From: Candidatus Hermodarchaeota archaeon
Lineage (GTDB): Archaea > Asgardarchaeota > Hermodarchaeia > Hermodarchaeales > Hermodarchaeaceae
DNA: 14,890 bases
Reading direction: 5' to 3'
NCBI GenBank assembly: GCA_016840065.1
Contig: JAEOTB010000004.1
Coordinates: 1 to 14,890, forward strand
Numbering within the stretch: the stretch's first letter is position 1; each line of letters starts with the position of its first letter. The notes below the pieces were generated by a model that saw only the letters and a list, made by a program, of their open reading frames with translations, did no database searches and was not told the DNA's origin. This document shows, in pieces, positions 1 through 7,626 of this stretch. The translations under genes and the position numbers were made by a program.

Positions 1-2
1 GT

Positions 3-98
3 GATGGTCTGGCGTCTCTTTCTCCGCTGGCTGAAGAGGTCACGGGTATTCCGATGCCCCACCGAGACGTTGAGGATATTCTCGAGCGGATTCTATAG
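3..98 (+). CDS. 3' fragment of a gene entering from the left; probably an FMN-binding glutamate synthase family protein (archaeal GltB-like)
   Basis: Not in the ORF track. Frame 3 reads DGLASLSPLAEEVTGIPMPHRDVEDILERIL* with TAG at 96-98. This resembles the D-x-x-(A/S)-L-(T/S)-x-x-A-x-E-V-T-G-I-P...(K/R)IL C-terminus I recall for this family. A terminator-like element follows. Only 31 aa are visible. Confidence 0.55.
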   Translation, partial: DGLASLSPLAEEVTGIPMPHRDVEDILERIL

Positions 99-113
99 CG
101 GTTCGTTCCTATA

Positions 114-158
114 GGCTGAGGCCCCGCCTCAGCCCTTCTCTTTCTTTTTCTCTCTCCT
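114..158 (+). terminator. Hairpin plus pyrimidine tract; probable terminator between convergent genes
   Basis: Perfect 9-bp stem GGCTGAGGC (114-122) / GCCTCAGCC (126-134) with a CCC loop, followed directly by CTTCTCTTTCTTTTTCTCTCTCCT. It starts 15 nt after the stop at 98. Confidence 0.7.
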
Positions 159-209
159 GGTTTGAGAGATTCTTAGGTTTCTGTTAGGTTCGAGTTGTAA
201 TGGATGATG

Positions 210-1070
210 TTACTGGAAGGAGGGAATGATGTCTTTGCCGAAGCTAGTGAGGGCTTTGTAGTGGTCTTTAGTGCGGGGGAGGCTGAGGAGGTAGTATTGG
301 TCGCCAGCGTCTTTGGCTTTTTGGACGAGTTCTGCGTAGACCTTTGGGTCGTAAGCGGGCACCATCATATGCATTTCACCGCCCATGAAAGTGATCTTTT
401 CTGTGCGGTTGGCTCGCTTTGCGGCTTCTTGAACTGTTTGCCGCATGGTCTCTTTGCCAGGGTTTGGACCGAATTGAGGAAGGTAGCAGATGTCAGCGTG
501 CCTGCCTGCTAGTCTGAGCATGCGCTTACCTACTCCTCCGAAGAGGAGCTTGGGGTAGGGTTTCTGGATGGGTTTGGGTTCCAGTACGGCTTCCTTGGCT
601 TTGTAGTGTTTGCCCTTGTGGGTGACCTTGTCCTGGGTCCAGAGCTTGATCATCAGTTTGAGGCCTTCTGTGGTTTTGTCGACTCGGACCTTAGGTTCGT
701 CCCAGGTGCTGTAGCCTTCAAACTCGGTTTGGCTCCATCCTGCACCTACACCGAATACTACCCGTCCGCCTGAGAGAACGTCAAGGGTGGAAACCATCTT
801 TGCTAGGATTCCTGGTGGCCGGAAGGGGATTGGGGTTACGAGGGTTCCTAGCTTTATCTGCTTAGTCTTTCCTGCCAGGTAAGTTAGGGCGATCCATGAT
901 TCGAGGGTTGCGTCACGGTCGGGGCGTTTCAGGAAGGGTGCTGCACCCCACTGGTAGTGATCGGGGATGAGGGCCCCATCAAAGCCTAGGTCGTCGGCTT
1001 TCAGGATGGCCTTCTCTACTTGTTTGTAATCATTGGCCCAATTGCCTAAACCGCCTAGATAAAATTTCAT
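210..1070 (-). CDS. LLM-class (luciferase-like) oxidoreductase, probably F420-dependent; paralog 1
   Basis: 286 aa. LLM motifs AD-LGFDG...PDH, LAGKT..IKLGTLVT...RPP..LAKMVSTLDVLSGGR...GVGAGW...EF..Y, PKPIQKPYP.L.FGG and LRLAGRHAD. SD GGTGA lies 4 nt upstream of the ATG. Confidence 0.92.
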   Translation of the reverse strand: MKFYLGGLGNWANDYKQVEKAILKADDLGFDGALIPDHYQWGAAPFLKRPDRDATLESWIALTYLAGKTKQIKLGTLVTPIPFRPPGILAKMVSTLDVLSGGRVVFGVGAGWSQTEFEGYSTWDEPKVRVDKTTEGLKLMIKLWTQDKVTHKGKHYKAKEAVLEPKPIQKPYPKLLFGGVGKRMLRLAGRHADICYLPQFGPNPGKETMRQTVQEAAKRANRTEKITFMGGEMHMMVPAYDPKVYAELVQKAKDAGDQYYLLSLPRTKDHYKALTSFGKDIIPSFQ

Positions 1071-1137
1071 AACATCACCTATTCTGGTTTGATATTGGAG
1101 AATTGTAGTTTTTCTCTTTATAGTTGATTGCCTCTTC

Positions 1138-2001
1138 CTATTGGAAGGAGGGGATGATGTCTTTGGCGAAGGTTTTGATGGTGTCGGGGAGTGTTTTGTT
1201 TCTAGGGAGGGCTACGAGGTAGTATTGATCTCCGGCGGCTTTGGCTTTTTCGATGCGTTGGACGTATTGTTCTGGTTTGTAGGTGGGCATGACCATTAGT
1301 TGGGGCCCACTCATGAAGGCGATTTTGTCTTCTCGGTTTGCTTGCTTTGCGGCTTCTAGGACTGTTTGTCTCATTTCTTCGGGATTGGTTTTGTTCGTTT
1401 TTTTAAGGTAGCAGATTTCTGCATATCTGCCGGCAAGGCGGAGCATCCGTTTTTTCATTCCTCCGAAGAGGAGTGTAGGGTAGGGCTTTTGGATGGGCTT
1501 GGGTTCCAGTACTGCCTCCTTGGCACGGTAGTGTTCGCCTTTGTGGGTGACTTTGTCCTGGGTCCAGAGCTTGATCATGAGCTGGATTCCTTCCTTGGTC
1601 TTGTCGACTCTCACTTTGGGTTTGTCCCATGTGCTGTAGCCTTGGAACTCGACCTTTGACCACCCTGCACCCACTCCGAAGACTACTCGTCCGCCTGAGA
1701 CGACGTCGAGGGTGGATACCATTTTCGCCATAATCCCTGGTGGCCGGAAGGGAATGGGTGTGACGAAGGTTCCTAGCTTAATCTTCTTGGTCTTTCCGGC
1801 AAGATAGGTCAAGACAATCCAAGATTCGATGGTGGAGTCGTGGTCGGCTCGTGGGAGAAAGGGGACACTGCCAAGTTGGTATTGGTAGTGGTCGGGGAGG
1901 AGCGCACCCTCAAAGCCCAGACCATCTGCTGTCAAAATAGCCTTCTCTATTAGAGGGTAGTTCTTTGCGAAGTTACTTAGGCCACCTAAAAAGAATTTCA
2001 T
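1138..2001 (-). CDS. LLM-class (luciferase-like) oxidoreductase, probably F420-dependent; paralog 2
   Basis: 287 aa with the same motif set. It is collinear with 210..1070 along its whole length and has the identical C-terminus KDIIPSFQ. SD AGGTGA upstream. Confidence 0.92.
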   Translation of the reverse strand: MKFFLGGLSNFAKNYPLIEKAILTADGLGFEGALLPDHYQYQLGSVPFLPRADHDSTIESWIVLTYLAGKTKKIKLGTFVTPIPFRPPGIMAKMVSTLDVVSGGRVVFGVGAGWSKVEFQGYSTWDKPKVRVDKTKEGIQLMIKLWTQDKVTHKGEHYRAKEAVLEPKPIQKPYPTLLFGGMKKRMLRLAGRYAEICYLKKTNKTNPEEMRQTVLEAAKQANREDKIAFMSGPQLMVMPTYKPEQYVQRIEKAKAAGDQYYLVALPRNKTLPDTIKTFAKDIIPSFQ

Positions 2002-2042
2002 AGGCTGTTTGTCACCTGTGAGCTATGGGAAGAGAACCCTTA

Positions 2043-2093
2043 GCTTAATAGCATTTGCTATTCAGGCGTCAGTAGACATTTATCTTATAAGAT
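2043..2093. promoter_or_regulatory. Divergent promoter region with two palindromes
   Basis: The minus strand has TATTAAGC (TATA-like) about 45 nt upstream of the 2001 ATG, overlapped by the inverted repeat AATAGCA-TT-TGCTATT (2047-2062). A perfect 12-bp palindrome ATCTTATAAGAT (2082-2093) has a TTATAA core. Confidence 0.5.
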
Positions 2094-2162
2094 TGCAGCC
2101 ATTGGTAGGCTCTAAAGTTAGAAGGAGCCTTGAGACCACATGATAAGAAGGGAGTTATTTTC

Positions 2163-2867
2163 TTGGATGTCGATGATTTAATTATCCTTGGTCATGCAGT
2201 TCCGGACCAAGTGGAAGACTGGTATAATTGCGTATGTTTAGCAGGGTGGTCTCCGACAGCGGGTTTTGTTCGCATTTTTCCTGTACCCCTTGACTCTGGT
2301 ATAAGCCGGTGGGATGTCATTTCAGTCAAGCTCAAAAGAGACCATCGTGATAGAAGAGCTGAAAGCTGGACAATCAAAGATGTGAAACGTCATTGGGAGA
2401 ATATACAGGGATTGATTCAAACTACTGGAAAATTAGAGCGTGAAAAACGCCTTCCGCTGGTTCAGCGATTACTAGTAGGGTGTGTCGAGGAACTCTGGCA
2501 AAACAGGGCAAGCCTTGGAATCATTGAGCCTACTCAAGTTGAGGGCTTTTTCTTGTTGGAAGAGATTTTTCACCCACAGCCCCTTAGAGTCGATGGCATA
2601 ACAGTACCACGACCTGCGAGGACCTACCCTACCCATCCAAGAATATATTACAAATGTTCTAGGTGTCTTGGGAAGAGCAGGCATGATCATCAATTGATGG
2701 AATGGGGAGCGTATGAATGGATGCGGAAGGCTCCAGAAGATTTGGACCAATTTTGGGAGAATATTAGACTGTATGACCCAGAGTTCAAACATTACTTCTT
2801 TGTTGGAAACCAGAGTTCCCAGAGGACTTCTTTTATGGTCATTTCAGTCTTGAGCTTTCAAATTTGA
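2163..2867 (+). CDS. Hypothetical protein with a putative OB-fold-like nucleic-acid-binding region and a C-terminal CxxC/His metal motif
   Basis: Open frame 2130-2867. I prefer the TTG at 2163 because GGAG lies 8 nt upstream, whereas the GGAG before 2130 is only 2 nt away. Motifs: DDLIILG-AVP, VCLAGWS...FVRIFP, RWDVISV...DRRAESW, SLGIIEP, YKCSRC...HDHQLMEWGAYEW and FFVGNQ...SFMVISVL. Function not known. Confidence 0.8.
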   Translation: MDVDDLIILGHAVPDQVEDWYNCVCLAGWSPTAGFVRIFPVPLDSGISRWDVISVKLKRDHRDRRAESWTIKDVKRHWENIQGLIQTTGKLEREKRLPLVQRLLVGCVEELWQNRASLGIIEPTQVEGFFLLEEIFHPQPLRVDGITVPRPARTYPTHPRIYYKCSRCLGKSRHDHQLMEWGAYEWMRKAPEDLDQFWENIRLYDPEFKHYFFVGNQSSQRTSFMVISVLSFQI

Positions 2868-2918
2868 ATATCAAAATTTCGGCTCTTCTTTCCAAGATAG
2901 ATAGTATAGGGAACTCCA

Positions 2919-4181
2919 TTAGGGGAAGAGCCCTCGTAGCTTGATAGCGTTTCCGATGCGTTCTACTGCGATCATGTAGGCTGCTGTGCGCATGTGTACT
3001 TTTTCTCGCTGGCTAACATCGTAGACGGTTTTGAAGGCTGTGACCATGCGTTCTTCGAGTTTGTTATTGACGGTTTCTTCGGTCCAGCTTTCCCGAGTAA
3101 GATTCTGGAGCCACTCAAAGTAGGAGACTGTTACACCTCCAGCGTTTGCGAGGATATCGGGGACCAGTAGGGTGCCTTTCTCGTATAAGATGTCGTCAGC
3201 TTCAGGTGTGGTGGGGCCGTTAGCTCCTTCACTGATTATCTTTGCCTTAATTCTGGGTGCATTATCAGCGAGTATCTGTCCTTCGAGGGCAGCCGGGATG
3301 AGTACGTCGATGTCTAGTTCGAGGAGTTCCGCGTTGGTGATTTTCTCCGAGCCGGGGTAGCCTACTACGGTTCGGTTCTTGCTCTTGAACTGCTTGACTG
3401 CTTTCGGGTCTAGGCCGTCGGAGTTGTAGATGCCTCCTCGGGAGTCGCTCACGCTGACTATCTTCGAGCCTAGTTCCCTTTGGAGTAAGGCTGCATGGTA
3501 GCCCACGTTTCCGTATCCTTGGATGGCACAGGTTGCCTTGGTTAGGTCGAGTTTGGTTCGTTTGGCTGCTTCCCGGACGGCGATAACGGTACCACGGCTG
3601 GTGGCCTCCTTTCGTCCAAGGCTCCCTCCCACTTCAATGGGCTTGCCTGTGACCACTTCTGGTACTGCGTAGCCCTTGGCTTTAGAGTAGGTGTCGAAGA
3701 TCCATGCCATCTCTCTACCCGATGTGTAGACATCGGGAGCTGGAACATCCCTGTAGGGACCAATTATCTCCATAATCTCGCTGGTGAAGCGGCGGGTGAG
3801 GCGTTCTATCTCGCCTACACTCATTTCCTTGGGATTGCAGATTATTCCTCCCTTGCCTCCACCGTAGGGGAGTCCGACGACAGCACATTTCATAGACATC
3901 CACATAGCCAGTGCTCGGACCTCATCAAGGCATACCTTGGGGTGGTAGCGGATGCCTCCTTTGTAGGGTCCGAGGGCATCATGATGTTGCACACGGAATC
4001 CTCGGAATACCTTGATGCGTCCATTATCCATCCGTACTGGGATTGCGACCTCGAGGACGCGTTTGGGGAGTTTGAGGACTTCGTGGATGTCGGGTTCGAG
4101 CTTCATCTTTTCGGCTACAATTTCCAGTTGCTTCAGGGCAACTTGGTAAGGGTTTGGTTCTTCACATTGAATTTCCGCCAT
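2919..4181 (-). CDS. gdhA: Glutamate dehydrogenase (Glu/Leu/Phe/Val dehydrogenase family)
   Basis: 420 aa. Motifs GFRVQH..ALGPYKGGIRYHP, MSMKCA...LPYGGGKGG, DVPAPDV, VTGKP...GGS.GR.EAT, Rossmann IQGYGNVG, EGANGPTT and PDILANAGGVTVSYFEW. SD GAGGT at 4190-4194. Confidence 0.96.
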   Translation of the reverse strand: MAEIQCEEPNPYQVALKQLEIVAEKMKLEPDIHEVLKLPKRVLEVAIPVRMDNGRIKVFRGFRVQHHDALGPYKGGIRYHPKVCLDEVRALAMWMSMKCAVVGLPYGGGKGGIICNPKEMSVGEIERLTRRFTSEIMEIIGPYRDVPAPDVYTSGREMAWIFDTYSKAKGYAVPEVVTGKPIEVGGSLGRKEATSRGTVIAVREAAKRTKLDLTKATCAIQGYGNVGYHAALLQRELGSKIVSVSDSRGGIYNSDGLDPKAVKQFKSKNRTVVGYPGSEKITNAELLELDIDVLIPAALEGQILADNAPRIKAKIISEGANGPTTPEADDILYEKGTLLVPDILANAGGVTVSYFEWLQNLTRESWTEETVNNKLEERMVTAFKTVYDVSQREKVHMRTAAYMIAVERIGNAIKLRGLFP

Positions 4182-4226
4182 GATAACCTACCTCAATATC
4201 ACTTGAATTGTAGATTAGTTCGGTTG

Positions 4227-4242
4227 GTAAAAAAGCTTTCAA
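4227..4242 (-). promoter_or_regulatory. Putative BRE/TATA promoter of gdhA
   Basis: The minus strand reads TTGAAAGC-TTTTTTAC, a purine-rich BRE followed by a T-rich TATA-like box, about 50 nt upstream of the ATG. Confidence 0.5.
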
Positions 4243-4273
4243 AATACTAGGCTGGATGAAGGGGGGCTGGTTC

Positions 4274-4282
4274 TTTTATAGG
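4274..4282 (+). promoter_or_regulatory. TATA box of the DUF99 gene, probably giving a leaderless transcript
   Basis: TTTTATAGG is centred about 26 nt upstream of ATG 4304, the spacing expected for leaderless archaeal mRNAs. Confidence 0.5.
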
Positions 4283-4303
4283 CAAGCCCATAATGAGTGT
4301 GCG

Positions 4304-4891
4304 ATGCCTCTTCAGCATATCAAAGATGAACTCCGCATCCTCGGCGTGGATGATGCGCGTTTCAAGCGTGGACGGGATAAGTGGACTCGTCTTGTTGGTG
4401 TAGTTCATCGGGGTGGTCAGTGGATTGAGGGGTGCCTCCAAGCGCCCATACAAGTGGATGGTGACGATGTGACCCCTCAGCTAACCAAAATGGTGAAGGA
4501 ATCTAATCATTATGAGCAGCTACGAGTCATCATGACCCGTGACACTATCTTTGCGGGTACCAACATTCTTGATTTGCCCCTCCTCGCAGAGGACACAGGA
4601 TTACCAGTGATCGCTATATCTGATTCAGAGCCCAAAATGGAAAGGGTCAAACGCGCCCTCCAGCATTACTGCCCCAAGACCTGGGGTGATAAACTGGCTG
4701 TGCTTGAGCGCTGTGGACCCATCCAGAAGGTGGAGTCTCAACATGGGAGAACACCCGTTTTTCTTCAATGGGCGGGGATTCCCTACGAAAGGGCAGTCGA
4801 AGTGGTCAGGATGGCTGCAACCCGTAGCAGGATCCCAGAGCCAGTCCGGGTAGCCCATATCATCGCTTCAAGCTTCGTTCCCAATCCCTAA
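4304..4891 (+). CDS. DUF99 / UPF0215 family protein (endonuclease V-like fold, endonuclease dU)
   Basis: Motifs IK.E.RILGVDD..F, LVGVV.RGG..IEG, I.VDG.D.T, QLRVIM, N..D...L...TGLPVI and RIPEPVRVAHIIAS. I moved the start from 4256 to ATG 4304 based on the family N-terminus and the TATA position. Confidence 0.88.
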   Translation: MPLQHIKDELRILGVDDARFKRGRDKWTRLVGVVHRGGQWIEGCLQAPIQVDGDDVTPQLTKMVKESNHYEQLRVIMTRDTIFAGTNILDLPLLAEDTGLPVIAISDSEPKMERVKRALQHYCPKTWGDKLAVLERCGPIQKVESQHGRTPVFLQWAGIPYERAVEVVRMAATRSRIPEPVRVAHIIASSFVPNP

Positions 4892-4983
4892 GGGGTATGG
4901 TTCCTTGGCGTCTGGGAATAGGTTAAGTATTAGTGATTCGGAAGCCTTTTTCTATCGAGCCATGTTTCATTAAAGGAGTATAG

Positions 4984-5970
4984 GTGGAAATCATGGAGCA
5001 CAGAACCAAATTATGCCTTGCAGGTATTATTATCATTGTATTTGTCGGAGCCGGTGCGGTCATTATCGGTCCATCTATTTCGCCGCCAGATGTGCGTATC
5101 GGCTTTCTCACTAATGACTTGCATCAGCTTGCCCTGATGGTTGCGCTTGACCAAGGCTATTTCGATGATGAGGGGCTTAGAATTCAGTTATTAGAATTCG
5201 CAAATGGGAATGTCGAGATGGCAGGCTTCGCTGGCGGTTCAATTGACATAGGTTACTTGGGTGCTGCTCCAGCGCTCCTATTACATATCAATCAGGATAT
5301 ACAGATACGAATTCTGTCTGGTGTCAACCAAGAGGGAAGCGCAATCGTGGCAGCGCCTGGAGTCACAAGTATCTCTGACCTAGCGGGTCAGAGGGTAGCT
5401 ACTCCAGCAGCCGGCAATGTTCAAGATATGCTCTTCTTCATGGCTGCTAACGAATCTGGTTATGATTTAGGCGATTTCAACAGAGTTCATATGAGCCCGA
5501 CAATAATGATTGAGCAGTTGGGTATTGGTGGATTAGAAGGCATTCGCGCTTTCGTAGCGTGGGAGCCCTACATCGCTCTAAGCCAGGATCAGGGTATCGG
5601 TAATATACTGAATACCAGCAATGACTTCTGGCCTGGTCACCCTTGCTGTGTTCTTGCTTCACGGCTAGATTTTCTTGATACTCGTCCAGATGTTGTTGAG
5701 AAAGTAGTGCGAGCTAATATTAGAGCAACAGACTTCATCCTTGCTAATCAATCACAGGCTGTGGAAATCGCAGAGCGGTGGACTGGCATTTCCCAAGATG
5801 TAATCGAAGACGCGATGTCACGCATAGTATACGAGACAAGCATAGTAGCTGCCGGTTACCGTAGATACCTTCTAGCCCTTCACCAAACTAATCTCCTTCC
5901 CGAAGACTTCTACGAGTCAGACATTGATCCACTATTGGACTACATCATTGACCCACAGTTCCTACCCTGA
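4984..5970 (+). CDS. ABC transporter substrate-binding protein, nitrate/sulfonate/bicarbonate (NrtA/SsuA/NMT1-like) family
   Basis: N-terminal hydrophobic anchor, then VRIGFL..DLHQL...VA...GYF..EGL, G.IDIGYLGAAP, DL.G..VATP..G.VQD, FVAWEPY and WPGHPCCVL. The start is either GTG 4984 (SD AAGGAG) or ATG 4993 (SD AGGTG). Confidence 0.9.
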   Translation: MEIMEHRTKLCLAGIIIIVFVGAGAVIIGPSISPPDVRIGFLTNDLHQLALMVALDQGYFDDEGLRIQLLEFANGNVEMAGFAGGSIDIGYLGAAPALLLHINQDIQIRILSGVNQEGSAIVAAPGVTSISDLAGQRVATPAAGNVQDMLFFMAANESGYDLGDFNRVHMSPTIMIEQLGIGGLEGIRAFVAWEPYIALSQDQGIGNILNTSNDFWPGHPCCVLASRLDFLDTRPDVVEKVVRANIRATDFILANQSQAVEIAERWTGISQDVIEDAMSRIVYETSIVAAGYRRYLLALHQTNLLPEDFYESDIDPLLDYIIDPQFLP

Positions 5971-6013
5971 AGAAACCAACACCAATATTCCTTGAAGAAA
6001 GAGGAGGTCTCCT

Positions 6014-6793
6014 TTGAACAGGACTACCTTGAACCGAGCCAAACCCTACCTGATGAGCCTAGCTGGAGGGCTTTTCTTCTTGCTGCTCTGGCAGGTTTCA
6101 TCGATGCTCGTAAATGTCGGATATTTCCCTTCCTTCACTAGTTCGGTTCAGGCTTTGTTAACTCCAACTGTTCAGAGCAGAATCTACAGCGACATAATAG
6201 ACAGTGTGCTAAGGGTTGGGGTAGGCTTCTTCTTCGCGTTGATTTCGGGCATTCCCCTAGGGGTTCTCATTGGTCGCTGGCGCATCGTCCACCAATTCAC
6301 TAAACCAGTTATTCAGGCGGTTCGGTTCATCCCACCCCTAGCCCTAGTTCCAGTTGCTCTAGTTATTATTGGTGTGGGACCCACTCCAACCTTCATCATC
6401 TGGTTTGCTGGTTTCTTCCCAATCCTGCTGAACACTGTTGCAGGTGTGCAGCGGACAGACCTAACCCACGTCGATGTTGTGAAAAGTTTTGGTGGCTCTG
6501 AATGGCAGATTCTAGAAAAGGTTATGTTGCCCAGTGCTGTGCCTGAGATTCTAACAGGAGCTCGCGTGGGGCTTGGAGTGGGTTGGATGTCAGTAATCGC
6601 TGCAGAGATGGTGGCTCCTGGCTGGGGATATGGGCTGGGCTATCATCTCTGGGCTCGGGCTGCCCCCTTGGGACAATTTGATCTGATGGTTGGTATCCTT
6701 CTCTTACTAGCCATCATTGGTTTCATAATGAACGAAGGGTTCACATGGCTTGAAAAATACCTACTTAGATATCGTCGCCCTGTGAGTCGATGA
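6014..6793 (+). CDS. ABC transporter permease (SsuC/TauC/NrtB family)
   Basis: Multiple TM helices; S..RV..GF, GIPLG..IG, R.IPPLA.VP, FFPILLNT..GV, EAA-like loop and LP.AVP.ILTGARVGLG.GW..VIAAEM. Strong SD GAGGAGGT 5 nt before the TTG. Confidence 0.93.
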   Translation: MNRTTLNRAKPYLMSLAGGLFFLLLWQVSSMLVNVGYFPSFTSSVQALLTPTVQSRIYSDIIDSVLRVGVGFFFALISGIPLGVLIGRWRIVHQFTKPVIQAVRFIPPLALVPVALVIIGVGPTPTFIIWFAGFFPILLNTVAGVQRTDLTHVDVVKSFGGSEWQILEKVMLPSAVPEILTGARVGLGVGWMSVIAAEMVAPGWGYGLGYHLWARAAPLGQFDLMVGILLLLAIIGFIMNEGFTWLEKYLLRYRRPVSR

Positions 6794-6827
6794 GAAACTA
6801 AGTACAAGTAGTCTTGAAGTCGATGGG

Positions 6828-7586
6828 TTATAACTGGACTTCTTCTCTAAGGTCATCTAGAATTGCCTGTCTGATAGTTACAAGCTTGGAGTCGGTACGC
6901 TTACGCGGACGTGGCAGCTTCAATTCATACTTCTCCTTAATACGTGCTGGACGGGCTTTAAGCACAAAAATCCGGTCACCCAGAAATGCCGCCTCGTCCA
7001 CATTGTGAGTGACGAAGATTATGGTTTTCCCTGTCGCTTTCCAGATTCGGAGAAGCTCATTCTGCATTAGGTTCCGGCTCTGGGCATCGATATTTACGAA
7101 GGGTTCATCACAAAGAAGCACCTCTGGATCTGGGGCAAGAGCTCGAGCGATGGCGGCTAGCTTCTGCATCCCACCTGATAGCTGATTAGGATAAGCATCG
7201 GAAAACTTGCTTAGACCCACAAGGTCCAGAAGCTCATGTCCCCGTTTTAGTCGTTGCTCTTTGTCAATGCCCTGGACTTCTAGACCCAAGACGACATTGT
7301 CTATGATTGTACGCCAGGGGAATAGGGTGAAACCCTGAAAAACGAAACCTATCTTGTCTCGTTGCTCCTCTGAGGGTGAACCATCAAGTGTCACTCGCCC
7401 CTTGGTGGGGGTTTCCAGAGCGGCAATAATTCGTAGTAGAGTTGTTTTTCCGCAACCTGAGGGACCCACTAGGCAAAGGAACTCACCAGGGGCAACCTTG
7501 AAGCTAATGCTCTTCACAGCCCATAGTTCATGCCCATTCTGGACAAACTGCTTTGAAACACGGTCTACCACGAGTTTCGATGGCAC
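6828..7586 (-). CDS. ABC transporter ATP-binding protein (SsuB/TauB/NrtD family)
   Basis: Walker A GPSGCGKTT, Q-loop FVFQ..TLFPWRT, signature LSGGMQ, Walker B LLCDEP, H-loop FVTHNVDEA and C-terminal LPRPR. GTG 7586 (SD GGAGTG 6 nt upstream) is preferred over TTG 7643. Confidence 0.93.
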   Translation of the reverse strand: MPSKLVVDRVSKQFVQNGHELWAVKSISFKVAPGEFLCLVGPSGCGKTTLLRIIAALETPTKGRVTLDGSPSEEQRDKIGFVFQGFTLFPWRTIIDNVVLGLEVQGIDKEQRLKRGHELLDLVGLSKFSDAYPNQLSGGMQKLAAIARALAPDPEVLLCDEPFVNIDAQSRNLMQNELLRIWKATGKTIIFVTHNVDEAAFLGDRIFVLKARPARIKEKYELKLPRPRKRTDSKLVTIRQAILDDLREEVQL

Positions 7587-7608
7587 TTGGTTCACTCCGA
7601 TTCTAGGA

Positions 7609-7626
7609 ACCCTTTGGCTCTTAGAA
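7609..7626 (-). promoter_or_regulatory. Putative dedicated BRE/TATA promoter for the ABC ATPase gene
   Basis: The minus strand reads GCAAAAGG-TTTCTAAG in the maf-ATPase gap (approximately 7620-7635; boundaries approximate). It lies downstream of a small hairpin ACAGG-N3-CCTGT (7666-7678) and a CCTTTCTTGTTT tract that could terminate maf. Confidence 0.3.

Noticed and set aside
151-190. Short repeats TTAGGTT x2 and the TCTCTC/GAGAGA inverted pair
   Set aside because: Too short, and expected by chance in skewed intergenic DNA. There is no CRISPR-like periodicity or IS-end structure.
204-1663. Short ORFs 204..512(+), 1366..1659(+) and 1403..1663(-)
   Set aside because: They are antisense or off-frame shadows of the LLM genes, with no motifs or SD. 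Their composition reflects the local strand skew.
2192-4250. ORFs 2192..2377, 2472..2792, 3172..3360, 3542..3763, 3715..3903 and 3942..4250
   Set aside because: They overlap the hypothetical gene or gdhA and have no recognisable protein features. Antisense ORFs opposite gdh genes are a known artefact.
210-7586. An ssuABCD-like sulfonate utilisation system (LLM monooxygenases plus Ssu-type ABC transporter)
   Set aside because: The LLM proteins are short (about 287 aa) and look like the F420-type clade, not SsuD. No SsuE-like reductase is present, three unrelated genes intervene, and the host appears anaerobic.
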